Shown in pieces: positions 9,696 through 21,122 of a stretch of DNA of 64,000 nt; the stretch's first letter is position 1, and every line of letters starts with the position of its first letter. Origin of the DNA: an uncultured Barnesiella sp. GTDB taxonomy: Bacteria; Bacteroidota; Bacteroidia; Bacteroidales; Muribaculaceae. The DNA lies in NCBI GenBank assembly GCA_964462445.1, contig CAYWXG010000001.1, positions 11,874 to 75,873 on the forward strand, written 5' to 3'. The position numbers were made by a program, and so were the translations under genes. The notes under the pieces were generated by a model. That model did not search any database and was not told the DNA's origin. It saw only the letters and a list, made by a program, of their open reading frames with translations.

Positions 9696-10431
9696 AGTAG
9701 GTGATGGAATTGTGGCATTCAGCACGATGCGTGGCGACGTGTCGCAGTTGGATGCTTCCAATCCATATTCAGGTTTTAATATATGTCATTATACAGGAGA
9801 TGATGCGACGCATATATCGCATTGTCGTAGTGAATTGGCTAAATTGACCGAAGTGGCAGTCGATAGGTTGTTGATACCTCGACAGACTCACTCGGTCAAT
9901 GTTGCAATTATCGGGGAGGAAATTCCCGATTTAGAGGAAATTGACGGGATGGTCACAAGTAGAGATGATGTGGCGTTGGTAGTAAATACTGCCGACTGTT
10001 TGCCTATTGTGTTCAATGACAGCAAGCATGGCATAGTGGGAGTTGCTCATGGAGGGTGGCGTGGATTGTATGGGGGAATAATTGAGTCAACAGTGACCGC
10101 AATGACCGTTCTGGGAGCGGAATTACAAGGAATAAGGGTGGCGATAGGTCCATGTATATGTTGCGATTGCTATGAAGTAGATGATGAATTTGCGCGAAAA
10201 TTTGAGGCGCGCATGGGGGATTGTGTGATAGAAGTAGGAGAGAGGGAAAAGCCGCATGTGGATTTGCGACGAGCGGCGGTTGATTGTTTGGGAAGAATCG
10301 GCATTGCGAAATCGAAGATAAATGTGGTAGAAGAGTGTAGTCGCTGCGATGAGCGATTTTTCTCGGCACGAAGAATGGGTGTAGAATCCGGACGGATAGC
10401 GACAGTAGTGAAAAAGGTGGGGAAAGTATGA
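9676..10431 (+). CDS. pgeF: Peptidoglycan editing factor PgeF / YfiH (laccase-domain, DUF152) protein
   Basis: QTHS, TADC and HGGWRG motifs. Start chosen at an internal ATG (9667/9673/9676 are all possible) because the ORF's upstream part lies out of frame inside obg. Confidence 0.8.
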   Translation: MEILKLEVGDGIVAFSTMRGDVSQLDASNPYSGFNICHYTGDDATHISHCRSELAKLTEVAVDRLLIPRQTHSVNVAIIGEEIPDLEEIDGMVTSRDDVALVVNTADCLPIVFNDSKHGIVGVAHGGWRGLYGGIIESTVTAMTVLGAELQGIRVAIGPCICCDCYEVDDEFARKFEARMGDCVIEVGEREKPHVDLRRAAVDCLGRIGIAKSKINVVEECSRCDERFFSARRMGVESGRIATVVKKVGKV

Positions 10432-10575
10432 ATTTGACGCACAGCCGGTGCTATGAAATTTTAACTTTGCGTTAAGAATTCGGAACAAATTATGGGATTT
10501 GAATGTTAATAGAGAAGAATCTTCCGAATTCGGGAAATCTAATTAACTATTTATTCAATAAAATTGGGAAATATT

Positions 10576-11133
10576 ATGGAGACTTTGAAATTAAATCAGT
10601 TTGGCCATACGCGTTTATGGTGGTTAATACTCTGTGTAGGGGTGTTGTTTGTTATAGGTGGATTTACATATTGGCTACTACCCATGTCGGGCTATGCAAT
10701 TGCTTCTCAGATGTTTGGTTGGATGGTATTGATAATCGGAGTAGTACAACTATGTGTGTCGGCGGGAGCAAATCGTCCGCGCGGATGGGGTTGGTGGCTT
10801 GCCGGAGGTATCCTTGATATATTTATAGGGTTTATGCTTGTGCGCAGTGTGTTGTTGTCGGAAGTAGTATTCCCCTATGTGCTTGCGTTTCTATTCATTT
10901 ATTGGGGAATAGGAGCTTTGTTTGGCGGATTTAGTCGCCGTGAAGGAAAATATTGGTGGGTGAAGTTGATAAATGGGGTCTTGATGATGTTGTTGGGATA
11001 CTTCTTTCTTGAAGCGGGATATTATCAAGATGCAGTGATGGTTAGCTTCTTGACCTCCTTAGCCTTTATCTATTGGGGCTTTACGCTGGCAATAAGTGCC
11101 TATGAACTGCGCCCTAAGGAGGGTGAAAATTAA
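10576..11133 (+). CDS. HdeD/DUF308-like small membrane protein
   Basis: About six TM segments with repeated WW..l..G..ii.G pattern. ATG at 10576 preferred over TTG at 10564. Confidence 0.6.
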   Translation: METLKLNQFGHTRLWWLILCVGVLFVIGGFTYWLLPMSGYAIASQMFGWMVLIIGVVQLCVSAGANRPRGWGWWLAGGILDIFIGFMLVRSVLLSEVVFPYVLAFLFIYWGIGALFGGFSRREGKYWWVKLINGVLMMLLGYFFLEAGYYQDAVMVSFLTSLAFIYWGFTLAISAYELRPKEGEN

Positions 11134-11165
11134 TTAAATATTCATGGATTAATGAGAATGGTGTT

Positions 11166-11189
11166 AGTGAGGGCAGAAATGTCCTCACT
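11166..11189 (+). terminator. Weak stem-loop after the hdeD-like gene
   Basis: 7-bp stem AGTGAGG / CCTCACT with a 10-nt loop, then TTT. Confidence 0.3.
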
Positions 11190-11490
11190 TTGAGTAGATA
11201 GATTGACAAAATATGTGGCTGAAAAGTGATTAGTAGGGTGTTTAATCATTTTTAGGATTCGATGTTGTTGTAATGCCAAATATAAATATTAAATTTGTGA
11301 TTTAGACAAGATTGGTGGTTTGCGCAATGAGTCGAGAAATAGAGTTTATTTCAGATTTAACTGTTATTACGAAATTACAAGTTAAACTTTGTGGCAAGCA
11401 TATTGTCTAATAAAACAAGAAAGGTTGTCGAGCAATAGGCAATCAACAACGAGATAAAAAAAGGATTATAAACCTCTATAAATCCACGAC

Positions 11491-12621
11491 ATGGGACTTT
11501 ACAAGAAGCTTTTAATGGCATTATTGGTAGGCGGAATGGCCTCAACGTCGGCAATAGCTCAAAGTTATTACGACGATGATATCTACTATGATTCGTCGAA
11601 AGACACCAAAAAAAAGGTTGAAGATTTGAAAAAGGAAGCAAAAGCAGTCAATTCAAATGCTTCAACATCATCACAGTATCAGTATGTGACAGCCTCTGAC
11701 GGTACAGTATATATAGTAGACCAACAGGGGAATGCTTATCCGGTGGCAGCACAGAATATTCCGGGCTCGGATTTGTATACGGTCAATACCGGAAATATGC
11801 GAGATGTAGATGAATATAATCGACGCTATCAAGGCGTTGATAGTATTTCAGTGGACTCGCTGTATAGAGATCCATTTGCCAATACTCGCAATATCGAGCG
11901 ATTTTCAAATCCGACAATCGTTAGTGGTTCTAACGATCAAGCTCTGATTGAATATTATGAAACGACTCAACCGGCACAAATATATATATTTGCCGATACC
12001 CCTTATTATGGCTATTATTCACCATATTATAGCCCCTATAGCTATTGGAATAGTTGGGGATGGAATCCATGGTACTATGGCCATGGGTGGTATTCTCCCT
12101 ACTATTCATGGGCATGGGGTTGGGTTCCGTATTGGGGTCCGGGCTGGGGACCAAGTTGGTATCCCGGACCGCATCACCCACATGCTCCGGTATCGCCCGG
12201 AGCACACCGTCCCCATTATCCCGGAGGGAATATGGCCAATCACCATTCTACCGGAGGCTATCGCGGCGGTGGTAGCGGAATAAATAACCATTCAAATGGC
12301 GGTCACCGAGGAAGCGCAACGGGACGTCCGTCGACAGTAGGTAATGTCAGCTCGCTTGGAGATACACGTCCATCACCTAATTATAATGGTGGTACTCGCC
12401 CCTCGGGCAATCGCTATGGCAGTGGCAATAGTGGGACTCGCAACTCAGGTGTCAGCTCAGGCGGAAGCCGGTCGGGAGGTCGCGGAAGTGCTATCAATAA
12501 TAACAGCCGTTCGAGCAGCCCGAGCTATAGCACCCCCGGATCGTCGGGCGGAAGCCGAGGAGGATTTGGCGGTGGTGGAGGTCGTAGTAGCGGCGGAGGC
12601 GGTCGCGGTGGTCGACGATAA
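11491..12621 (+). CDS. Secreted low-complexity protein: signal peptide, globular part, Trp/Tyr/Gly/Pro block and Ser/Gly/Arg (RGG) tail
   Basis: Signal peptide MGLYKKLLMALLVGGMASTSAIA-Q. aa 171-226 hold about 11 W and 15 Y, and aa ~256-376 are S/G/R/N rich. Low complexity also generates ORFs in other frames. Confidence 0.6.
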   Translation: MGLYKKLLMALLVGGMASTSAIAQSYYDDDIYYDSSKDTKKKVEDLKKEAKAVNSNASTSSQYQYVTASDGTVYIVDQQGNAYPVAAQNIPGSDLYTVNTGNMRDVDEYNRRYQGVDSISVDSLYRDPFANTRNIERFSNPTIVSGSNDQALIEYYETTQPAQIYIFADTPYYGYYSPYYSPYSYWNSWGWNPWYYGHGWYSPYYSWAWGWVPYWGPGWGPSWYPGPHHPHAPVSPGAHRPHYPGGNMANHHSTGGYRGGGSGINNHSNGGHRGSATGRPSTVGNVSSLGDTRPSPNYNGGTRPSGNRYGSGNSGTRNSGVSSGGSRSGGRGSAINNNSRSSSPSYSTPGSSGGSRGGFGGGGGRSSGGGGRGGRR

Positions 12622-12686
12622 ATAGATGTAGACCTCGGTTGATTATAAAATTAGTTTAGGATTGCAATAAAACTTAAAAACAGTAT

Positions 12687-14252
12687 ATGAAAAAATTTGT
12701 AATGGCTATTGTAGCCGCCGCGTTACCGATAGGAGTGCTTGCGCAAGGAGCATTTCAAGCATATGATTTGTCGCAAAGTGATTTGCGCGGAACCGCTCGA
12801 TTTATGTCGATGGGAGGAGCGTTTGGAGCATTGGGTGGCGATTTGTCAACCCTAAATCAGAACCCCGGTGGTATCGGAGTGTATCGTTCGAGCGAAATCG
12901 GAGTCACGATGGATATAGATATAAGCAGGTCGGATGTAGGTGGTCAAACCACAGAAAAGACCCATGTATATTGTCCTAACTTCGGGTATATCGGAGCTGT
13001 TAAAATGGATAACGATGTGATGCCTTATTTTCAATGGGGCGTTTCATATGGTCGTGTAGTTTCATATGACCGGGCATATCGCGGAGGATTTGGAAATCTT
13101 GGGACATCGATGTCTAATTATATCGCCAATCGCGCATATGGCTATTCTCCTGAAACACTTGGACAAACAGACCCTTACTACAATTCCAATGCCGATTGGT
13201 TGAGTGTACTTGGTTTTAAATCATATTTAATCAATCCGGTAGGAGGTTTGAGTGAGTACAACGGATTGTTTGATGAAAACCAAACGACCGGCAATTCGGA
13301 ATTTGCTGTGCGTCAACGCGGATATGTTGATGAGTATGCAATCAATTTTGGTGGCAATATCATGAATATGGTGTATTGGGGTATGGGCTTCGGAATCACC
13401 GACCTTGAAATGAAAGAGGAAACTTTCTACGCTGAAGAGCTCCAAAATGCGCGCATAGCTAAAAATGAGGGGATGAGAAATCAGACAGAGAAAGGTAATG
13501 CTTACTACGCGCTAACTAATCTTCGCAGAGTAGATGGTGCCGGATTTAATTTCAAGATTGGCGCAATTGTTAAGCCTATAAATGAATTACGTTTCGGTGT
13601 AGCATTTCACACTCCTACTTATTATAGCATGACTGATACTTATGAGTCATTTGTAGATTATAGTTATTCTTCAAACATCCCCGATGGAACTGCTTATACC
13701 AATTTTGCAGAATATGATTGGAAAATGCGCACTCCGTGGAAGATGATATTATCGGCAGCCGGAGTAGTGGGTGGACGCTTTATCTTGTCGGCCGACTATG
13801 AATATGCAGCCTACGATAATATGCGCATAAGTGATTGGGATGGCAATGAATATGAGGATGCGACATTGGAAATCAAAGATTATTTCAAGCCCCAACACAC
13901 AATGCGCGTAGGAGCGGAATATCGAGTGACACCTCAATTCAGTTTGCGTGCCGGATTCTCACAAAGCACTTCGGCAGTAGAAACCGCAGTGGAAGATGGA
14001 GATATTGAAGTATATACTACAGGATGCAATCCGGCATATAGTTTTGATACATCAACACGCTATATCACATGTGGCTTGGGTTATAGAAATAAAGGATTTT
14101 ATGCGGATTTGGCATATGTAAACAAATATCGCAAGAGTCAATATTCACCCTTCTCTTCGTTTGAAGATAATTTGGGGTGGGTATATAATCCGGCAGCAGA
14201 ATATTCAACAAGCAACAATAATATTGTGATTAGCGTAGGGTTTAAATTTTAA
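12687..14252 (+). CDS. FadL/TodX-like outer-membrane beta-barrel transport protein
   Basis: Signal peptide, N-terminal hatch-like motif (GTARFMSMGGAFGALGGDLSTLNQNPGG), alternating beta-strand pattern and C-terminal F. Confidence 0.7.
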   Translation: MKKFVMAIVAAALPIGVLAQGAFQAYDLSQSDLRGTARFMSMGGAFGALGGDLSTLNQNPGGIGVYRSSEIGVTMDIDISRSDVGGQTTEKTHVYCPNFGYIGAVKMDNDVMPYFQWGVSYGRVVSYDRAYRGGFGNLGTSMSNYIANRAYGYSPETLGQTDPYYNSNADWLSVLGFKSYLINPVGGLSEYNGLFDENQTTGNSEFAVRQRGYVDEYAINFGGNIMNMVYWGMGFGITDLEMKEETFYAEELQNARIAKNEGMRNQTEKGNAYYALTNLRRVDGAGFNFKIGAIVKPINELRFGVAFHTPTYYSMTDTYESFVDYSYSSNIPDGTAYTNFAEYDWKMRTPWKMILSAAGVVGGRFILSADYEYAAYDNMRISDWDGNEYEDATLEIKDYFKPQHTMRVGAEYRVTPQFSLRAGFSQSTSAVETAVEDGDIEVYTTGCNPAYSFDTSTRYITCGLGYRNKGFYADLAYVNKYRKSQYSPFSSFEDNLGWVYNPAAEYSTSNNNIVISVGFKF

Positions 14253-14281
14253 CCACTAACCACATAATATTATAAATAATA

Positions 14282-14317
14282 AGCGAAGCAAACATTCTTT
14301 GGAATGTTTGCTTCGCT
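14282..14317 (+). terminator. Stem-loop terminator after the FadL-like gene
   Basis: Perfect 16-bp stem AGCGAAGCAAACATTC / GAATGTTTGCTTCGCT with a 4-nt loop, 30 nt after the stop codon. Confidence 0.7.
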
Positions 14318-14400
14318 ATCGCATAAAAAATATCACTATCGAGAACCACTCCTAACAATAGAAATTTGAGCGATAAGCGCAAATAACAAAGAAAAAGGCA

Positions 14401-16392
14401 ATGGAGCCTGAATTGAATAATATAGACCTTGACAATCCTGAGTTTCAGGACATATGGAGATTAATCCGTCATACGAATCATCCGGTGTTTATGACCGGAC
14501 GAGCAGGGACGGGAAAGTCGACATTCCTAAAATATATCACTCGCAATACAACGAAAAAGCATGTAGTACTTGCTCCAACCGGTATTGCTGCGGTGAATGT
14601 AGGAGGAGTGACGATGCACTCTTTTTTTAAAATTCCGTTCAAACCATTGCTCCCCGATGATCCGGAGTTTGCTATCGACCGATTGAGAAAACGCCTAAAA
14701 TATAGCAAGCAACAGATAAAACTCATAAAAGAGCTTGAGCTTATTATTATAGATGAAATATCGATGGTGAGAGCCGATATACTCGACTTTATAGACAAGA
14801 TACTACGAGTGTATTCAGGGAATATGCGAGCCCCTTTTGGAGGGAAGCAATTGCTGTTGGTAGGTGATATATTTCAATTGGAGCCGGTCGTGACAGCGGA
14901 TATGCGCGATGTGCTACGCATGTACTATCCCAATTCATATTTCTTTTCAGCGAGTGTTTTTGCACGTCTTTCGCTTGTGCAGATAGAGCTTAGGAAGGTG
15001 TATCGACAGCAAAATGCAGAATTTGTAGCGATGCTCGACAGATTTCGCACCGGCTCGCCAACAAAGACCGACTTGATGCAACTAAATTCGCGAGTTAATG
15101 CACCGGTTGCCGATGATGATTTTGTGATGACACTTGCTACACGTCGTGATATGGTAGATAGCATCAACGACAGCCATTTATCGCAGTTGAAATCCAAGTC
15201 GATAATCTACACCGGGGAGATAAATGATGAATTCCCGGAAAATGCGTTGCCTACACCCAAAGAACTTGAATTGAAAGTTGGGGCACAAGTGGTGTTTGTC
15301 AGAAACGACCGCGACAAGCGATGGGTGAATGGCACTATCGGGAAGGTGTATAGTGCAACGGTCAATAAACTTGAAATTGAATTTGAAGATGGTGCACGCC
15401 ATGTGATAGAGCGTGAGGTGTGGGAAAACATAGAATATAAATACAACGAAAAGAAGAAGAGTGTCGATGAAAAGTTGATAGGGACCTATACGCAATATCC
15501 CGTAAGATTGGCATGGGCTCTGACCATTCATAAAAGTCAGGGGCTGACTTTCAATAAAGTAATTATCGACGTGGGTCGAGGCGCATTTTCCGGGGGACAG
15601 ACCTACGTGGCATTGAGCCGTAGCACCTCATTGGAGGGATTGACATTACAGAGCCCGGTCAATGAGCGGGATGTATTTGTCAGTGCTGCGGTGTCAAATT
15701 TCTCGCGTCAGAGCAATAATAGAGCATTGATAGCAACAGCACTCGAACAAGCAAAAGCCGATGACAATTTTGCAGAGGCAGCCAAGAAGTTTGATAAAGG
15801 AGAATATAGTGAAGCCATTAATAAATTTGCGATAGGTCAACAGACGCGAAATGAATTTAGTCGCCTACCGGTGCAACGATTGTTGGCGCAGAAGCTATAC
15901 CGTCTTGGAAAATTGCAAGAGGAAGTTGACAGGCTTAATGAAGTTATTAAAAAACAACAGACACGCTTCGATCAACTTGCCGAAGAATATATATCAATGG
16001 GCTGTGATTGCCTCGAAGAATTGGAGGATATAACGGCGGCACTTGCCAATTTTGATAAAGCACTATCAATCTCCCCGGATAATATAAAAGCACTTGAATG
16101 GAAAGGGGAAACATTTACAAGAGCACAATTATATTACGATGCAAAAGATGTGTACAACAAGTTGCTTGAAATAGATTCAAAGAATCTGACAGCATTGTTG
16201 CGTTTGGCAGAATTTGCGATAGAGGAGGGGGATGATTATGTCGCGTTGGATCGCTTGCTTATAGCTGTGAAACATTACCCCACGAAGTCGAGAGTGTATA
16301 AACTTATGGCTCGCATTTATGATAATATCGGCGACGAATCGGCTGCCGACTATTATCGCGATTTGGAGAAAAAGTATAAGAATAAGAAATAA
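14401..16392 (+). CDS. Pif1/RecD-like SF1B DNA helicase with C-terminal coiled-coil/TPR extension
   Basis: Walker A GRAGTGKST, Walker B LIIIDEISMV, LVGDIFQLEPV and TIHKSQGLTF motifs. C-terminal ~200 aa contain TPR-like repeats. Confidence 0.8.
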   Translation: MEPELNNIDLDNPEFQDIWRLIRHTNHPVFMTGRAGTGKSTFLKYITRNTTKKHVVLAPTGIAAVNVGGVTMHSFFKIPFKPLLPDDPEFAIDRLRKRLKYSKQQIKLIKELELIIIDEISMVRADILDFIDKILRVYSGNMRAPFGGKQLLLVGDIFQLEPVVTADMRDVLRMYYPNSYFFSASVFARLSLVQIELRKVYRQQNAEFVAMLDRFRTGSPTKTDLMQLNSRVNAPVADDDFVMTLATRRDMVDSINDSHLSQLKSKSIIYTGEINDEFPENALPTPKELELKVGAQVVFVRNDRDKRWVNGTIGKVYSATVNKLEIEFEDGARHVIEREVWENIEYKYNEKKKSVDEKLIGTYTQYPVRLAWALTIHKSQGLTFNKVIIDVGRGAFSGGQTYVALSRSTSLEGLTLQSPVNERDVFVSAAVSNFSRQSNNRALIATALEQAKADDNFAEAAKKFDKGEYSEAINKFAIGQQTRNEFSRLPVQRLLAQKLYRLGKLQEEVDRLNEVIKKQQTRFDQLAEEYISMGCDCLEELEDITAALANFDKALSISPDNIKALEWKGETFTRAQLYYDAKDVYNKLLEIDSKNLTALLRLAEFAIEEGDDYVALDRLLIAVKHYPTKSRVYKLMARIYDNIGDESAADYYRDLEKKYKNKK

Positions 16393-16415
16393 ACTACGAA
16401 ACGAAAGAATCAACC

Positions 16416-18872
16416 GTGACGTATCCCGAAATATTTGAGAAGAAAATAGGATTTGACGCAGTCAGAAGAGAGATTGTGAAACTTTGCCTAAGTAATGGCG
16501 CATGCCGAGTGGCAGAAGCGCAATTGCGATTTAGCAAAGATATCAGCATTATCGAAAGGGGCTTGCGGAGTGTCGATGAGATGGTTAAAATCTTATCAAG
16601 TGATGTTGCATTCCCCCTCAGTGCCACAGGTAATGTGAGCGAATTATTATCGCGAGTGAGAGTGGAAGGAACCTTCCTCAGCGCCGAAGAATTGAATGTG
16701 GTAAATAACTCCTTGATAACATCGATATCAATAGCTGAGTTCTTTGCCAATGCGATGCAAGATGGAGAGACCCCATATCCAACGCTGACTCAAATAGTGG
16801 CAGGAATAGAGCGTTTTGACTCTGTTTCAGCAACGATTAGTCGTAGTGTTGACCGCTTTGGGGAGGTTAAAGATTCAGCTTCAGCAGAATTGTCGCTGAT
16901 ACGTAGACAGTTACAACAGACACAGGCATCTATTTCGTCAGTGATGCGGAGGGTTATATCTCGTGCCGTAGAAAGTGGCTATTTGGAGGCTGATGCAACG
17001 GCAGTTGTGCGCGACGGGCGCTTGGTGCTTCCGGTGTCGCCGATGCATAAACGACATATCAATGGTATAGTTCACGATGAGTCGGCATCGGGTAAGACCT
17101 ATTTCATAGAGCCGGCAGAGATGGTGGAGGCCAACAACCGCATACGCGAGTTGCAGATAGAAGAGCGCCGCGAGATTACACGCATATTGAAGGAAATCAC
17201 AGCGTCGATACGTCCGGAAATAGAACCAATGACGTTGACAATGGAAGTAATTGCCGAGGTGGATTTTATTCATGCCAAGGCGCTTTATGCACGCAGAGTA
17301 GATGCTCATATGCCGCATTTGAGCAAAGATACCGAGTTGGAATGGTATCATGCCGTACACCCTGTATTGCTCTTGTCGCTCGAAAGTCACGGTAAGAAAA
17401 TAGTTCCGTTGGATATCACGTTGTCGTCGAAGAATCGTATTTTGATAATATCGGGTCCGAATGCCGGAGGAAAGTCGGTGTGCTTAAAGACAGTAGGTAT
17501 TGTTCAATATATGATGCAGTGTGGCATGCTTCCCACGCTATATGAAAATTCGCATGTAGGTATTTTCGACAGCATTTTTATAGATATCGGTGATGACCAA
17601 TCGATAGAGGATGACCTCAGTACATATAGCTCGCATCTTCGCAACATGAAATATTTCCTACAACATGGGAATAAACGCACTTTGACGCTTATCGACGAGT
17701 TTGGCGGAGGAACAGAGCCTATAATCGGAGGCGCAATAGCGCAAGCAATTCTCAAGGACTTCAATAGTAAGGGGATGTGGGGCGTAATCACTACCCACTA
17801 TCAGAATTTAAAAAACTTTGCAGAGGATACCCCCGGACTAATTAATGGGTCGATGCTCTATGACCGACATCTAATGCAACCATTGTTTAAATTGCATATC
17901 GGTAATCCGGGTAGCTCATTTGCAATCGAGATAGCGCGAAAAACGGGACTCCCTATGAGTATAATAAATGATGCGGAAGAGATTGCCGGGTCGGATTATG
18001 TAAAGATGGATCGCTATCTGCTTGATATTGCTCGCGACAAACGCTATTGGGAACATAAACGCGACACAATAAAGCAAAAAGAGAAAAAGATAGATACGCT
18101 AATCCACAATTACGAGCAAGATGCATCGACATTGCGCGATAAGCGTAAAGAAATTATAGCACAGGCGCGTACGGAAGCGCAACGTATCCTTGACAGCAGT
18201 AACGCCACAATCGAACGCACAATTCGTGAAATTAAAAATTCACAAGCCGAGCGAGAGCGAACCAAGGCGGCACGCATGCAGATGAATCGTGAAAAGATGG
18301 CATTGATGAACGAAAAAGATGGTGATGAGCCGGAGATTCTAAATCGACATCGCAACAAGATCAAGAAATCCAAAACTGAGGAAGTTGCAGTTGCCAAGGT
18401 GGAAGAGCCATTAAAAGTAGGAGATAATGTAAAACTCGATGGGCAAACTACTGTGGGTACAATCTTGGAGTTGAGTGGTCGGCGCGCGGTGGTTAATTTC
18501 GGTGCAATCAAGACTACTGTGGAATTGTCGCGATTGAAACGAACGATAGCCAAACCGCAGTCGGTGGCGCGAGAGGCTTCATTTGTCAGTGCGGCGACAA
18601 CCGATGCCATGCGCAAACGTCAACTTGCATTTAGCAATGAGCTTGATGTCAGAGGAATGCGAGTAGATGAGGCTTTGCAGGCATTGACCTATTTTCTTGA
18701 TGATGCGATACAATTTTCAGCAGGTCGAGTCAGAATTCTGCATGGGACAGGCACCGGAGCATTGCGAGTGGCAATCCGTCAGATGCTTGACTCTGTTCCG
18801 GGAGTTGCTTCCTATCGCGATGAGCATGTGCAATTTGGCGGTGCCGGCATCACCGTCGCCGATTTGCGATAG
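16416..18872 (+). CDS. mutS2: Endonuclease MutS2 (MutS domain V ATPase plus C-terminal Smr domain); GTG start
   Basis: GPNAGGKS Walker A, DEFGGGTEP Walker B and a C-terminal Smr motif (LDVRGMRVDEAL ... ILHGTGTGALR). Confidence 0.9.
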   Translation: MTYPEIFEKKIGFDAVRREIVKLCLSNGACRVAEAQLRFSKDISIIERGLRSVDEMVKILSSDVAFPLSATGNVSELLSRVRVEGTFLSAEELNVVNNSLITSISIAEFFANAMQDGETPYPTLTQIVAGIERFDSVSATISRSVDRFGEVKDSASAELSLIRRQLQQTQASISSVMRRVISRAVESGYLEADATAVVRDGRLVLPVSPMHKRHINGIVHDESASGKTYFIEPAEMVEANNRIRELQIEERREITRILKEITASIRPEIEPMTLTMEVIAEVDFIHAKALYARRVDAHMPHLSKDTELEWYHAVHPVLLLSLESHGKKIVPLDITLSSKNRILIISGPNAGGKSVCLKTVGIVQYMMQCGMLPTLYENSHVGIFDSIFIDIGDDQSIEDDLSTYSSHLRNMKYFLQHGNKRTLTLIDEFGGGTEPIIGGAIAQAILKDFNSKGMWGVITTHYQNLKNFAEDTPGLINGSMLYDRHLMQPLFKLHIGNPGSSFAIEIARKTGLPMSIINDAEEIAGSDYVKMDRYLLDIARDKRYWEHKRDTIKQKEKKIDTLIHNYEQDASTLRDKRKEIIAQARTEAQRILDSSNATIERTIREIKNSQAERERTKAARMQMNREKMALMNEKDGDEPEILNRHRNKIKKSKTEEVAVAKVEEPLKVGDNVKLDGQTTVGTILELSGRRAVVNFGAIKTTVELSRLKRTIAKPQSVAREASFVSAATTDAMRKRQLAFSNELDVRGMRVDEALQALTYFLDDAIQFSAGRVRILHGTGTGALRVAIRQMLDSVPGVASYRDEHVQFGGAGITVADLR

Positions 18873-18890
18873 ATTATCACGAAATAAAGA

Positions 18891-18936
18891 CAAAACAAAA
18901 GCCTCGGAGTCAGCAATGATGCTCCGAGGCTTTTTT
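18891..18936. terminator. Bidirectional intrinsic terminator between convergent mutS2 and groEL
   Basis: A-tract, 9-bp GC-rich stem GCCTCGGAG / CTCCGAGGC with an 11-12-nt loop, then TTTTTT. Confidence 0.75.
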
Positions 18937-18986
18937 GTAGATTTGGGAAAAAGTCTTTCCCTCTAATAGCTTTATAGAATGGAAGA

Positions 18987-20627
<1,641 letters not shown>

Positions 20628-20666
20628 CTATGTCGTATTAATAGTTAATCTTGATAATTTTTTAAA

Positions 20667-20939
20667 TTATTCGCAGATGGCGAGAATGTCGCTTTGGCGC
20701 ATGATGAGGTATTTGTTGCCGTCAACTTCGATTTCTGTGCCGGCATATTTACCATAGAGTACAGTGTCACCTTCTTTTACTATCATTTCTTCCTCTTTAG
20801 TGCCGTTGCCGGTGGCAAGAACGGTGCCTTTTAACGGTTTTTCTTTGGCTGAGTCGGGGATGATGATGCCTGAAACTGTCACTTCTTCTGCCGCGCAAGG
20901 ATTGATGAGTACGCGGTCGGCTAAGGGTTTAATCTTCAT
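20667..20939 (-). CDS. groS: Co-chaperonin GroES
   Basis: 90 aa, [12 protein letters not shown]... typical of GroES. 42 nt upstream of groEL. Confidence 0.97.
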   Translation of the reverse strand: MKIKPLADRVLINPCAAEEVTVSGIIIPDSAKEKPLKGTVLATGNGTKEEEMIVKEGDTVLYGKYAGTEIEVDGNKYLIMRQSDILAICE

Positions 20940-21122
20940 TTTGATTATATTTTAGATGTTGTTAATTTTAAATGTTGATTGACTATGAGTGTCAACGATT
21001 ATTTTAATAGCACAATGTGTGCCAAACTATATTTTGTCAGTATAAAATGACAAAATGGCAACATTCATGTCAGAATGTATGCCATTTTATAAAACAATAA
21101 AGTTGTAATAAAGTTTGCAAAA

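Noticed and set aside
10518-10535. 10-bp palindrome CCGAATTCGG (contains an EcoRI site) upstream of the hdeD-like gene, with a related AAGAATTCGGAA copy ~45 nt upstream
   Set aside because: It is short and compatible with chance. It has no positional relation to a recognisable promoter.
11930-12625. Several overlapping ORFs in other frames and on the other strand (11948-12283, 12054-12275, 12344-12625, 11930-12205, 12106-12291)
   Set aside because: They are generated by the repetitive, compositionally biased DNA of the low-complexity gene. Only the 11491-12621 frame has a signal peptide and a proper start.
20940-21122. Search for a CIRCE element (TTAGCACTC-N9-GAGTGCTAA) upstream of groES
   Set aside because: I found only short imperfect inverted repeats (TTGAC..GTCAA, and AAAATGGCAACATTC / GAATGTATGCCATTTT with an indel). 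Nothing matches CIRCE.
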